Below are positions 50,890-63,900 of a DNA stretch of 64,000 nt, one piece after another. The stretch comes from Camelus ferus. Lineage: Eukaryota. The translations under genes were made by a program, and so were the position numbers. Below the pieces are notes generated by a model. The model was not told where the DNA came from and ran no database searches. It was given only the letters and a program-made list of their open reading frames with translations. The DNA lies in the NCBI RefSeq assembly GCF_009834535.1, contig NC_045697.1:100504001-100568000 (forward strand), in the 5' to 3' direction. How positions within the stretch are numbered: position 1 is the first letter of the stretch; every line of letters starts with the position of its first letter.

Positions 50890-52825
50890 TTGTATTTTGA
50901 TCATTCCCATCTGTAAAAGCCTTTTATGACTCACTTGATGCTTTGCATAAAATCCAGTCTCCTAACAATGCTTTAAAACACTAGAACTGATCTGTCTACC
51001 ACCCACCTCCCTATATGCCCCTTTCCCCTAACCCTCTGCATTCAGGCACACTGGCCTTCATTTCTCAAACATGTGAGGTTTATTCTCATCTCAGATACTC
51101 AACACATGCTCTTACCTTCTGATTGTACCTATCTTCTCTGGTTCTTCCCACAGCTGAATTCTTCTATCTTCCAGGGCTCAAGTAAATCTCTCTCTCTTAG
51201 AGCTTGTCTGACACCCTACCTAGTCTCATTTATCTCCTTCTACCAATTCATCATTGCATCCTACTCAGTGTTTATTATGATTTGTATTTATAGATTAATT
51301 TGTTAATTTTTTTGTTTATTTCTCCCTTTAGACAGTGTGTCCTTTAGCATATGTAGGTAGCTGTGAGCAACAACAAAATAAATCTTATTAACAATGACCT
51401 AAATATATTCCTTTATTCGGACTGAAAGTTTGAGGGTAGGTTCAATGGGTCAAAATGTCATGACCAAGGTCTCTGTGTATTTCTTGACTTTGCCTGCCTG
51501 ATCCCAATGTAGCTGCAATAGCACCAGCCTTTATATCTACATTCCAATCAGAATAAAGAAGAATGAAGAAAATCAAGAAGCAGCAATATTTAATGCAAGA
51601 AAACAAAGAATTTCCTAGAAAAAATCTAGAAGATTACTGATCTTTCATTGGTGAGAATTCTGACACATGGACATCCTTACTAGAAGGAGTTCTGCCAAGG
51701 TGCTTGCTACATTTTCTAGCCTCTATAATTTAAACACTGAAGGAAATTCAGTTGGTGTTGGTATTAAGTGAACTACTCAATACATTTACCATTCTTTCTT
51801 CCCCATATATATATATTATATGAAATGTCTTCACTCCTTTCTCCAAGGAAGATAACCTCAAAATTACATACAAATCTTCATTCATTCATTTAAAATTATT
51901 TATTAAGAATTTATGGAATTCCACAAACTGTTCCATGCCTTTTGAACACATCGGTAAAGATTTGGTGATCTCTGCTCTCATGGAGACTTTATGTAAACCT
52001 CTCAAGTCTGTTATAAGATCCCTAGATCACATTTAGTCCTTTCCTCTCCACTGGGTCACTGTGTGGCTTCTTGTGGCCTTTTATAAACTAAAGGACATGT
52101 TGTTTTCCCTTAGCCTACCCGACATACTATGTGAAGAAGGAAAGGCATAACTCCAATAAACATGCCCCTTTAGTGAAAGTGGCCAGCCTTCACTTGACTA
52201 TTATTCAGCAGTTTGATACTTCTATGATTTTCTGTCAAATATGATTATTCTTTCTTTTCTCTCTGGAAACTTGTAAGTGACTGTCTTTGTTTTTAAAGTT
52301 CTGAAGTTTCATGCCAAATGAAGAGTGTTTTTTTTGAAATCCATTGTGCTCATCCCCTCATAGAACTTCTCTATCTAAAAGCAAAGGTTTTATTTTTCAG
52401 TTAAAAAACACATCTCTGGATGTTTTGGTATAATTCTCTTTCCTCTGCTTTTTATTTCTAGAACTCTTACTAATCAGATGTAGGGTTTCGTGGGTAGATC
52501 CTCTAAATATATTCTTTTATTCTCTTTTTCTTGCTGTCTCATGTGGTGATTCTATCACATTTAACTCCTACAATTACATTTTTAATTTCCAAATGACATT
52601 TTAGTTTTGGAATGTTCTACATTATAGATTCTACTCTTTTTCCCTATATACAATATTAATTATAGATTCAAAAATTTTTCTTTTACTTCCTGCATTGCCC
52701 ATATTCTTATTGGGTTTTTTTTATAAGTTTGTTGATTTTACTGCCATTTTTATTAGAGATCCTCTGCAGCTTCCTTTGATCTGTGGCCAGCTCACATTTA
52801 AGAGGTACACAAAAAGTTAATTGGG

Positions 52826-53690
52826 TACAAGCAGCCAAAGGAAAAATAGATAAATTGGACTTTGCTGACATTAGAACTTTTATGCTTCAAATGGCACTAT
52901 CAAGAAAGTGAAAAAATAATCCACAGATTGAGAGAAAATATATACCTGTTAAGGCTCTAATATCCAGGCTACCTAAAGAATTATTAGAACTGAACAATAA
53001 AAAGACAAGTTGCCTAATTTTTAAAAAATGGGCAAGGAATTTGAACATCTGTATATACAAATGACCAATAAGCACCTGAAAACATGCTCAGCATCTTTAG
53101 CTGTTGAAGAAATGACCAGGAGAAAAACTACAATGAGAAACCAGTTACCCATTAGGATGTCTAATGGAAAAGAGTCAGGTAGTGGAGAAAGTGGGACCTT
53201 CATAAGTGGCTGGTGGGAATGGTGCAGACATTTGTATGACTTCACATAAAAACTTGTGTATGACTGTTAAGAGTAGCATTATTCAAAACAACTGGAAAGG
53301 GGAAACAACCCAAATGTCCATCACGTGATGAATAGATAAAGGAAATTATGGTATGTCCAGAAAATAGAATGTTATTTAACAATAAAAAGGAATGAAGTAC
53401 TTACATACTACCCAAGAGATAAACCTCAAAAACACTATGATGAGTGGAAGAAGCCAGACACAAATGGCCACATGATGATTCCATGTACGTGAAATGGCCA
53501 GAATAGAGACAGAATGTGGATTAATATTTTCCAGGGGCTGGAGTTGGAGAAGAATGGGGAATAACTGCTAATAAGTATGAATACTGCTTTGGGGGCGGTG
53601 AAAATATCTGAAATTAGATAGCGGTCTAACAGTTGCACAACATGATGAATACACTAAAAACTACTGAATTGTACATGGTAAAAGGGTGAC
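52826..53690 (+). mobile_element. Old L1 ORF2 end / 3' UTR
   Basis: aaaaatagataaattggacttt...aaacaacccaaatgtccatca...gaatacactaaaaactactgaattgtaca. Confidence 0.85.
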
Positions 53691-54359
53691 TAACATTGCA
53701 GCAAAAACAGTTAACTGGAAGTTCTATGAGTGTGGACAAAACCTTGACTAGTAGTAACTGTTGGGCTTCACTGTAGGATGATGAGGTTAAGAGGATGGGC
53801 AATTTTAATTTGGCTTCCAACAGTTGTTGTCTGTGGTTCTTTATTTGGGGCTTTGTTTAATCCCCAGAAATGGATTTATCATCCCCCAGAATTCTCAGGA
53901 CTGATAGGGAAAGGAGACTGGGGTCTTCAGTATTTAACACTTAGACATGTACTTCATCCAGCTGCCTCAGTATATTTCATTGTCCAGCTGTGCTCAGAGT
54001 CCCTGAATCCTAAGTCTTCCTGACTCATCCTCTCACGAGATGAATCTAGTTTCTGAAGGCATTATGAAGAGAGACAGTCACCAGGAGGCTGAAAATTGAG
54101 GAGATCTGGAGGCTTACAGGTTTCATGTTATAAATACATTTCTCCCCACTTTCTCTACTACGTGTTACGGCTGTGGGATGGGATCAGCTTGTTTCTGCAC
54201 TTTTCCCACATGCTGATGAAGACTGTAGCGTACTCTGGTCTGCTGAGTCAGTTACCACAATTCTCAGTTTACAGATTTGTGCTTCTATTAGCTCCCTACC
54301 CCGTCTCTCTTTGGATTTGTGAATTAATGGCCCTTTTTCTTCCCCATCCCTTTACTGTC

Positions 54360-54777
54360 TGAGGTAGGCAGAATAACAGTCCTCCAAGGAATTCTGTAGC
54401 CTAATTTGCAGGGTCTGTGAATATGTTAGGTTATATAACGAAAGGAATTAAGGTTGCAAATCAACTGAATTTAAGGCAGGGAGGTATCCTGGATTATCAG
54501 AGTGAGCCAGATGTGATCACAGGGGTCCTTAAGGTGGGAGAGGGAGGCAGAAGAAGTCAGAGGGGACTATGCAGGATGGGTCAGAGAGATGCTGGCTTGG
54601 AAGGTCCTGTAAGGGGGCCATGAGTCAAGGAATGTGGGTGTCTTTTAAACCCTTTAGAAACTGGAGCTGGCAAGAAGATGGATTATCCCCTAGAGACTTC
54701 AGAAAGGAATAAAGCTGTGTTGTTTCAGTCACTAAATTTGTGGTAATTGATTACAACAGCAATGGAAAACTAATACA
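54360..54777 (+). mobile_element. MLT1D-like MaLR solo LTR
   Basis: tgaggtaggcagaataa...gtgaatatgttagg...aaggaattaaggttgca...acagcaatggaaaactaataca. Confidence 0.85.
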
Positions 54778-55199
54778 TTCTCATCACAGGCAGTGTAGAA
54801 GGTACAGTGTTTAACTTTCCATGTTTGATCAGAAATCTTTCCCTTTACATTTCACGTTGCTGAAATTAGTTTACCATACTCTAAAATCTTCTCTTTGGCT
54901 TGCAATTTCTTTCAGTCTATCTTTTCTATCATGTTTATTTTTTTAGCCATTTAATAGGGAATTCTAAGAGTCACCTCGTGTGGATCAATACAGACTAACC
55001 TCTGGTTTCAGTTCTGATTGGTTTTTGTGCCATAGCAGTCATTAAATATTTTCATTATTACACCTGGTTATAAACCACAACAACCCTTTTTCTACTGTGG
55101 AATTTAACTTAGAAGACTCTTTATTCAAAGAATGTTTTACTTTTCTCTTCAGTCAACACCCTCTCCCCTCTTTCCCTCCTATACTTTGCATAAAACATA

Positions 55200-56300
55200 T
55201 ACTGGGTTTTGTAGCCATTGAGGTCTGCTGGGTAAATTTCTAGGATGCCCTTTATCAAAGATTAGGGAATCCAAGTAATGCTTTTCTCACTGACTATAAG
55301 CTTCCTTGAAAATCATAACAGAAACTTCATAAAATTGACACCTCTAAACTTGGAAACTTAGCACTCTTCCAGCAATTTTACAGCAGGATTCTCCGTTAAA
55401 AAATTATTTTAATTTGCCTCTATCCACATCGACACTAAAATTTCGATAGCTTAGAATCAGTATGATTTCTTTAGCATGCTATATCCCTGGTATTATGAAT
55501 CTGTTTCATAAATACGCAGTTTGAAACAACAGAAACCAAACAATAACAATAGAAATCAAAAGCAATCGTAGTCTTAGATTCTAAGCCTTTCTGAATTCTA
55601 AAGCTGAACCGATACAGGGTCATCTTCTCAGGGTACCCCCGACCAAGAAAAACAAATACTTCAAAAACCAGGTCATATGTCTCCAGTGTTCACGTCTAAT
55701 CCAGGCTCTGGAGTTGCATCCTCAAACTTGATTCCACTTTGAACCTTAGCTGAGCTACAGCTAAACTTGAGCTTTTAATAAATCATTCTTGATTTAGTCA
55801 CAGCACAATACTCAAATTTTCTCTTCTGCTTTAGAAATTATAGTTTACAAATCCTTGAATATTATTTAATTTTACAATATTCTCCCTTTTTTTCCCAAAT
55901 GCCACATAATTTAATTACAGTGTAAGTTATTTTGAAACTTAAGAAATTTATTATTATTTTCATTATTTAAATGCACAATTATTTTGATGCTAGAGCAGCT
56001 TTTGGGAAATAAACCATTCTTAGCATAAAATCTATTAACCCAAATCCTCCTAATCCAGCATGTTGAATAAAATCTACTAATAAAGCCACATTTTAAAAGT
56101 TGCTTACACGTAGAGAGAAGATGACATCTCAAAATTATTGCTGGGATATTTAAATTTTATGGGAAAATTCAAGGAGGCCCAGAGATTCCTGACAGGCATA
56201 TTAAAATATCCAAGAATTTTCAAGAGCTGATTTCTTAAAGAAGTCTGAGATGAACCAGTTGGCTTCCAACAGTTTCAGTTTTCTTTAATCACTTTACTCC
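55200..56300 (-). pseudogene. Exon remnant, further SEA-like repeats
   Basis: SQTSLRNQLLKILGYFNMPVRNLW...SSSLYV*ATFKMWLY, then in one frame LSIVL*LNQE*FIKSSSLAVAQLRFKVESSLRMQLQSLD*T*TLETYDLVFEVFVFLG. Matches the SEA strand-'S..L...vE..L' helix-strand pattern. Boundaries approximate. Confidence 0.45.
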
Positions 56301-56809
56301 CCTCCATGGAGCTGATTAGGCAGGTTGGAGCAGCAAGTCTCTTTCCACCCTGGCGAGGACACATGCCCTGTGATGACCCTGTGCCTCTTTCTAGAACCTC
56401 ATTTGGAGCTTCTGATATTACACCTCTCTAAATATGTTAAGTCCAGAGGAGTTCAGACACCTGTCTTTAAAAGCTTCTTGTGATTCTGATGCATAGGAGA
56501 GAACCACTTTTTTAACAGTGGTGGCACCAAAGCTGGAGGAGAAGGATAAAGAATCCTCAGCAAGTCTGTCGAGAGCCTACCAGGAACTCCCATATTTGGA
56601 CGTTGATCAGATTTGAATTTTTCATTACAATTGGTACTTACTATAATGAGCATGTTCTATTTCTCGAACAGAAGCGAGCACATGCATTAAGACCTGTGTT
56701 TTAATTCTTAAAAAAAAAAATAGAATCACCTGCATTTCAAATTCAAGTAGCTTGCTTTGTCTAGCCTTTTTATTTTTATTTTATTTTATTTTTTTGAGCA
56801 GTGAGAATT

Positions 56810-57165
56810 TAGATTTTTTTCTTCCAGTGTTATTGAGATATAATTGACACACAGCACTGTGTAAGTTTAAGGTGTACAGCAGGACGATTTACATTACATT
56901 ATGTTACATACATTATAAAATGACTACCACAGTAAATGTAGTAAATATCTCATATAGATACAAAAGAAAAGAGAAAATATATTTTTCCTTGTGGTAAGCA
57001 CTCTTAAGATTTACTCTCTTAACAACTTCTATATAAAACATACAGCAGTGTTAATTATGTTTATCATGTTGTATGTTATATCCCCAATACTTGTTTATCT
57101 AATAACTGGAAGTTGGTGCCTTTTGACTGCCTTCATCTAATTCCTTCTTCCTCCATCCTCCACAT
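56810..57165 (-). mobile_element. L1 3' UTR fragment
   Basis: ttattgagatataattgacacacagcactgtgtaagtttaaggtgtaca...ataactggaagttggtgccttttgac. Confidence 0.85.
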
Positions 57166-58404
57166 GTCCAGCCTTTTCAAATTTTATTTTTGAAATCAGT
57201 TTGGATCTTGGATTATTTTGACTGTATTTTGTTTTCCTAATGATGTTTCTCAATTTTATTCAGAAATAAGATGCCCAAGTGGATAGAATTTTATCAGTGA
57301 GTGCTTATGAGTGCATCCTTGAAGGTAAAGTTGAGAACTTTTCACCTTGCCAAGTGGAAGTTGTGTATCTAATGATTAAGTGCTGAGCCTTTAAGACAGT
57401 GTCTTGGGCCTGTATCCTGGGTGGAGCTGTGTGAGCCTGGGGAAGGAACTTTTCTAAACCTCAGTTTCCCCTTCTGTAAAAGAGAAATGTCTTGCCTTGA
57501 GTGTTCCCAGCAGCTAACTTTGTGATGGGAGTTTGAGTGCAAGCACTTTATTTAAAAAGTGGAGGAAAAAAAGTAGGAATGAGTAAAAGTGAGACAGAGG
57601 GGAGAAGGTAGCCAACAAAAATGTGTGTTTTGAGGCCGTTAACATGTGAGCCTTGGAGCTGAAACCCACTGGGGAAATTTTGGAAGTCTGTGCAGTTACT
57701 GGACAAGGTTGGGGGTAGTGGATGGAGGGTGGGGAAGATATCAACTCATGTCAGACTTTAGAAGAAGGCTGCTCCACAGGGAGTTAATTCCAGCCTCCTT
57801 GCCTACCACACAAGCTAGTGCTGTAGGATTTGGCAGTCAGAGAAAGGCCTTGGGTAAAGGTTGAAGAAACGCAGTTGCTGGAGATTGGAAATTGGACAGT
57901 GTGCACTGAAGCAGGAAGGGGGAGGGAATATGGGTGGGACAGCATCAGCCCTTATTTCACAGGGAAATAATTCATTGGGAAAATTGAATGAAGTGATGCA
58001 TATCAAACACGTACAGCATACTGAATACTCACTGTGTCGGTCCCTCAACCTCAGACTGTCTATAAAGGTTTACCTACTAATTTTCTTAAATATCGAGTGG
58101 CTGCTTTCTTATAATCATCAACCTTAACTTGGATATTTTTGTAACAATGCAATAAATGAATGATTATTTGAAATACAGTCTTTAAAAACCAAACAATAAA
58201 ACAATTCCCATAATTATAGTCTATTCCTGATAGCACATTAAGGTGACAAGGGAGTTGTGAGAATCACTACGTTTTCCCTCTTTTGTGTACTCTCCAAGAC
58301 CTGTTTAAGAAAATAAAAAATAAAAAATGTGTTCTTGCTACTGTCATACAGCAAAGTCAATATAGCAGCCAAAGAATAAGCTGTGTTCCATTCTGTCTCA
58401 TACA

Positions 58405-59357
58405 TCAGCCAGAACTGCCCCCTGAGTTCAGACATGCTGTTATTTGAGATAGTTGATGATATATGGGTCTACAGAATATAGCTGGATTCCCAGTTACAGC
58501 TCAGTTGATGGCAAATTGTAGTTTGATTTGTACAGAGAGGTAAAATTTTACAAAAGATATTGATAGGAAATGCAGAGCAGCAAGATGCGATTTTAACTGT
58601 CCATCCTGGGCTATCGAGAGCTTCAGAAGACATCGTTTGATCTGCTGTTGCATGACAAATCTCTAAAAGAGAAAGGAACAGTCTTTCTTTCAGTTCATTG
58701 GTAAGACATGTAACTTCCTAAAGGCCAAGCTGTTAGATACCGTGGATTTTTACAGCATAATTATCTCCATTATTGGCAGGAGTCTTGCTTTACACACCCA
58801 AAGTATGAAAGAAGTTTATCTGGTCCTCGTACAAGTTAAGTGAAGGTTTCAACAAAGCTTTAAGTTAAGAAAGTTTCTGCTGTCATCATCTGTTCCCTGG
58901 ACCTAAGCAGTGACAGTGACTTGGAAAGTTTTCGGATCTCTGCTTCATTTTGTCCTGGGAGCAGTGTTTCCTAAGGCTCATTGGTAGGGATGGAGCTAAA
59001 TTTCTCTAGTTCTGGTGAGAAGTTCTCCTCTTCCATATTTCAGTCTTCTTGCCTCTTTACTAAGCCTTTTCAAAAGAAAATTGGTGATGGTATTAGATAT
59101 CTCTTTGGCGTAAGTGCATACCCATCCACGTTTTCATGAAAAATGAAGAACCGAATATATGGAATTAGATTCTTTGGTTCCTGTTTTTCTTCCTGGGAAG
59201 GCAAATAAATGTACCAAAGTGAAAACAGCCAAATCCATGTCATATCGTGCAAACAATTTCACCATGAAAGCAGATAGCTCTTGGTGTAAAGTCTGGTTTA
59301 AAATGCTCGAAAGATCGTGGTAAAGCTAATAGATGTTACATTGAAGTCATATGAATC
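58405..59357 (-). pseudogene. Large exon remnant, SEA-like domains plus reconstructed furin site
   Basis: Follows cccattcag acceptor. Frameshifted translation: DSYDFNVTSISF / YHDLSSILNQTLHQELSAFMVKLFARYDMDLAVFTLVHL / YIRFFIFHENVDGY / TYAKEISNTITNFLLKRLSKEARR...APRTK*SRDPKTFQVTVTA*VQGTDDDSRNFLNLK / ALLKPSLNLYEDQINFF. The stops in the RTK*S frame are TAG/TGA, compatible with CAG/CGA C>T. Confidence 0.5.
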
Positions 59358-60959
59358 CTGAATGGGATTAAAATATTTAAGAAAGCCCAGGAAAGTATTT
59401 GGAGAATTATGTTCTGTGTTCCTGAGATGAGCATAGGTAAAGAAAAAGTGTTTCATTAACAAAGGTAGCATGTACACATTTGATGATACGATGAGGAAGA
59501 TACCACTTGATTATATTAAGTAGATGTTCTAAAGAAGGTGTTGCTTTGCTACTTAAAAGAGACAAAACGTACAAATTAAATATGCAGTTTGTTTTTTATG
59601 AATATAACTAACCACTAAGATCAGATTTGAACATCCAAAGACAAATCCCCTGAGTACTGAACTTAACCTCTGGCTAATGCACTATGCATACTTGTCCTTG
59701 TCCATCTCGACTCTAGAATCTCAGTTTCTTTCCCCTCATCTCATTTACCTGCACAGTAAATAAATACCTGGAGTGCTTCCCTGATGTAGGATGTGTTAGG
59801 GGTTGTATGTATAAAGAGCATCAACAAACACACTTGTGCTTTTCGATCTGTGAATTTTTAAACAAGAAAGTACTGTAATCAACTTTGTTTCTCTACTATA
59901 ACTCGCATGACCACATACACTGTGGATGATGGTTGGGACTGAAAGGACATGAGAAGGGTTTCCTGAAACTCAGAGATGAGATTATCAGCTCAAATATGAG
60001 TCATATAAGTGAAAAGAGATTAGGATGGATAGATTGGAATATTACTGTTGTATTCTAATCAATAGAAATTGGTGAATGATCTTACATTTTTAAAGAGAAA
60101 GATGGCATTTTTGCTTCCATTTCTCTAGAACAAACAAAAAAATTACACATAACAAAGACACTAAAATGTTCTTTTGTGGAAACTTCAGAGGGAAAAATAA
60201 AAGGGCACCATATTCATTTCTTAGTCCTTCTTGAGTCATGCTGGGATCAAATAACATTATTTATGAGGTCAATATATGTGGTAGAGCACCAACTAATTAT
60301 ATAATTATCCTTGAGAATAGTTTTGCTGATTATAATTAACATAACTTAGTGCCTTATGGTTTACAATGTGCTTTAGGATATATTATCTCATCTGATGTCT
60401 CCTTGGTATCCACATAAATATTCCAACTTCTCTCCCATGTTGTGTGTTTGTTCAAGCCATTCCTTTTGCCAGGAATGCCTCGACTGTACTCTTTCCCTGC
60501 TTACCTTGCTTAGCCTGAAAGTCTTGGCTTAACTGTCACTTGCTCCTCCAATCTCAGTTGTGTCCTTCTATATACCCTGCCATAATACATAGGAGAATAC
60601 TTTTCCTTCAAAACACTTACTACTACTTGTAATTATGTACTAATATGTCTGATTCTGTTGTTAACGGCCTTCTTCTCTACTCCGTGAGATTCTTGAGGGG
60701 AATGTTTTGTGCCCTATTGTATCACCAGCCCAACCAAAATGTCTGGCACATAGTAAAAGATAAATAAATACAGTTTTAATAATGTAGAAAAATGATAAAT
60801 GCTAAAATTCCTCTTTGTGTATGGAAGACATCAATTCTTTCACTGTGTTGAACTTCTGTTCCTCTCAGTGTTTTTTTTTTTTAAGCACCATTGTTATTAA
60901 CACCATACTATATTGCAATTTTTCTGAGTCCACTAAAGCATAAATCCCTTGAGAAAGTT

Positions 60960-63900
60960 TATTCATGTCCAATTCATCCTTGCACTCCATCTTTTTAGTT
61001 CAGGGCATAAAATAGAGTAGGTACACAGTTTGCTGACTGAATGAGTCGGTGGGACCCAGAAGGAAATTGCACACCCAGACTTAAAGTGAAGGAGGCTCAC
61101 CTGCTTGTAGTAAAGTGTTGGCCTGAGGGGCATCTTTTTTAACACACATCTGGGAGCCCACTGGAACAGTCCCCAGCGAAGAGACTAGTGGGTACCGCCA
61201 TCGAACTTTCCTCTCCCCTGCTCCAGGCACTAGTATTTCTCAGAAGGGAGCTTTTACATGCACCTGCTGTCCTGCTCTTTGTGGTTGCAGCCCAAGGGAC
61301 ACTTCCTGACTGCCTGACTCTGGAGGTCAGGGCTGATGGCGTTCTTTGTCCCATGGGACTGCAATAACCGTCTCACCCAGAATTGAGGTCACATCCCTGG
61401 TTTTGCAGCTACATCCCAGGGGACTGCATCACCTTGCTCTGGCAGCCAGTGGGGCTTATGCTTGTGGGTCCCATAGGACTATAACCAATGGAGAAAAAGT
61501 TCTTAAACAGCTGCCATCCCCAGGGCACAGGAAGAGGCAACAGACACAGGAGATCATTTTTTCAGCGAGGGAAGCCTTTTAGCTAATTATCGTGGCTGCA
61601 GCCTGAGGGGCAGTCTTCTAATTAAACAAGTGTCTAAGGCTGACTGTAATTCTTTCTAGACAGAGACCTTGAAGGGTGGGTGCTATCTTTGTGGTCACTC
61701 TCTGCCACACTTCTATCTCCTGGAGGGGGGCTTTGATCACCTGACTCTGGTGACCAGGGGGCCTTGAGTCCCTGGGTCCCACGGGGCTGTGGCAGCCAGA
61801 AAGATGGTTCATGGCAGGCTGCCACCCCCCAGGGCACTGTGCAGAGCAGTATGAGGCATGCCTCACAGTCTTTCTGCGAAGGAAGCCTCTTCTCTTGCCT
61901 TAGAGCTTCATTTTGAGCAGTAGGCTTCAGGTTTGGCTCACGTCTACGGGACCGTGGAGTTGTTTGTATGGAATGTAGCTGGGGATGACATCTTGCTTTT
62001 CTCCCTCTGCCTTGCACCAGGACGCCCATATCTCCCACAAAAGAGCTTTTACATTCATCCATAATTCCAGTTTTTGCAACTGTTGGACAGTTGAACCTGA
62101 ACACTTCCAGATCTCCTTGCTCCGATGGCCAGTGGGGCTTATACTTGCAGTCCCACAGGACTGATATATTTGCATACACTTAGAAGCTGCTGCCTGAAGG
62201 TCTGGCTTCCAAACAGTGTGAATCTAGGTGCTGAGATCCTCGCCTTTGGGACGCTGACGAGTCTTGGCACATCCTCAACTATTGGGAGCTATTAGAGATA
62301 GAATAGCCTGTTTGCATAAGCATAGAAGTTTGGGAGAAGACAGAGGTGGGGCAGGGCTGAATACAAGGTTTATTTCCTGCAAGAGACCATTCCTTCAAGA
62401 CTGGGAGAAGTGGTTGTTTCATGTACTGTATAGAAACCAATACAGAAAGTCAAGGAAACCTATAAAACAGAAATATGTTCAAATTAAAAGAATAATATAA
62501 AATCTTAATGAAGCAAAGATAAGCAATTTACCTGCTAAAGAGTTCAAAGTAATGCTTATAAAGAGGTTCACTGAGTTGGTGGGGAGAAGAATGGATGAAC
62601 ACAGTGAGAATTTCAACAGAGATGGAAAATATTAGAAAGTACTAAATGGTAGTCACAGAGCTGAAGAATGTAAAATACCCTAGAACTGAAAAATACCCTA
62701 GAGGGGTTCAATAGCAGACTAGATGAAACAGAAGAAAGGATCAGCCAAACACAAGGTGGTAGAAATCAATCAGAGCAGTAAAAAGAAAAGAAAAGAAAAG
62801 AAAAAAAGGTCAAGAGAGCATAAGGGGTTTATGGGCCAATATCAGAGCGACTAATATTTGCATTATAGGGGTCCTAGAGGACAAGGAAGGAAGAGAGGGG
62901 AATAAATATTGTTTGAAGACATTTCCCTAACCTGGGGAAAGAAACAGAAAACCAGATCTAGGGAGCTCAGAGAGTTTCAAAAAGAAGAACTCAAAGAGAC
63001 CCACACCAAAACACATTATAATCAAAATGTCAAATGTTAAAGACAAAGAGAGAATATTAAAAGAAGTGAGAAAAACAACTTGTTACATACAAGGGAATCC
63101 CTGTAAGAGTATCAGCAGAAACTTTGCAGGCCAGAAAGGAGTCCAATATATTCAAAGTGCTGAAAGGAAAAAAAAAAAACAAAAACAAAAACTTCGAACC
63201 AAGAATATTCTACCCAGCAAGTTATCATTCAGAATTGAAGGTGAGAGAAATCATTTTCCAGATAAGCAAAAGTTAAAGGAGTTTATCACCACTAGACTGA
63301 CCATACCTGAAATGTTAAAGGGACTATTTTAAGCTTAAAAGAAAAAAAGCTAATTGGTAACAAGAAAACATGAAAGAATGTATCTCACTGGAAAAGTAAC
63401 TATATGGACAATGTAGTGGATTACTCACTTATGAAGCTAGTATGAAGGTTAAAAGACAGAAGTAGTAAAAAAAAATAACTATGATGACAATAATTAATTA
63501 AGGGATGCACAAGATTAAAAGATATAGAATGTAATATCAAAAACATAAAACATGCTGGGTAAAGTAAAACTTCTAAGAGGGACGTGGGTAAATAAATGTC
63601 TACCTCAAAAGACAAGAAAAGTCTCAAATAAACAACTTAACTTTACACCTCAAGAGACTAGGAAAAGAAGGACACGTGAAGCCCTGTGTTAGTGGAAGGA
63701 AGGAAATTTAAAAAGATTAGAGCAGAAATAAATGAAATAGAGCCTAAAAAGACAATAAAGAAGATCGATGAAGCTAAGAGTGAGTCCTTTGAAAAGATAA
63801 AGAAAATTGACAAGTCTTTTAGTTAGATTAAGAAAAAAGAAGACTCAAGTAAATAAAAATCAGAAATGAAAGAAAATATATTACAACCAATAACACATAA

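Larger units (their letters stand above)
16644..59357 (-). pseudogene. Putative decayed multi-exon adhesion GPCR (SEA repeats - HormR - GAIN/GPS - 7TM) unitary pseudogene
   Basis: About 15 exon-like segments, many starting at polypyrimidine+AG acceptors. Their hand translations give adhesion-GPCR-like motifs in canonical N-to-C order on one strand. Many stops and frameshifts; separated by TE-filled intron-like stretches. No database search possible. Confidence 0.6.

Noticed and set aside
61139..62500. Several ORFs up to 181 aa in a GC-richer block
   Set aside because: They lie in the 5' UTR region of an old L1 directly upstream of its ORF1.
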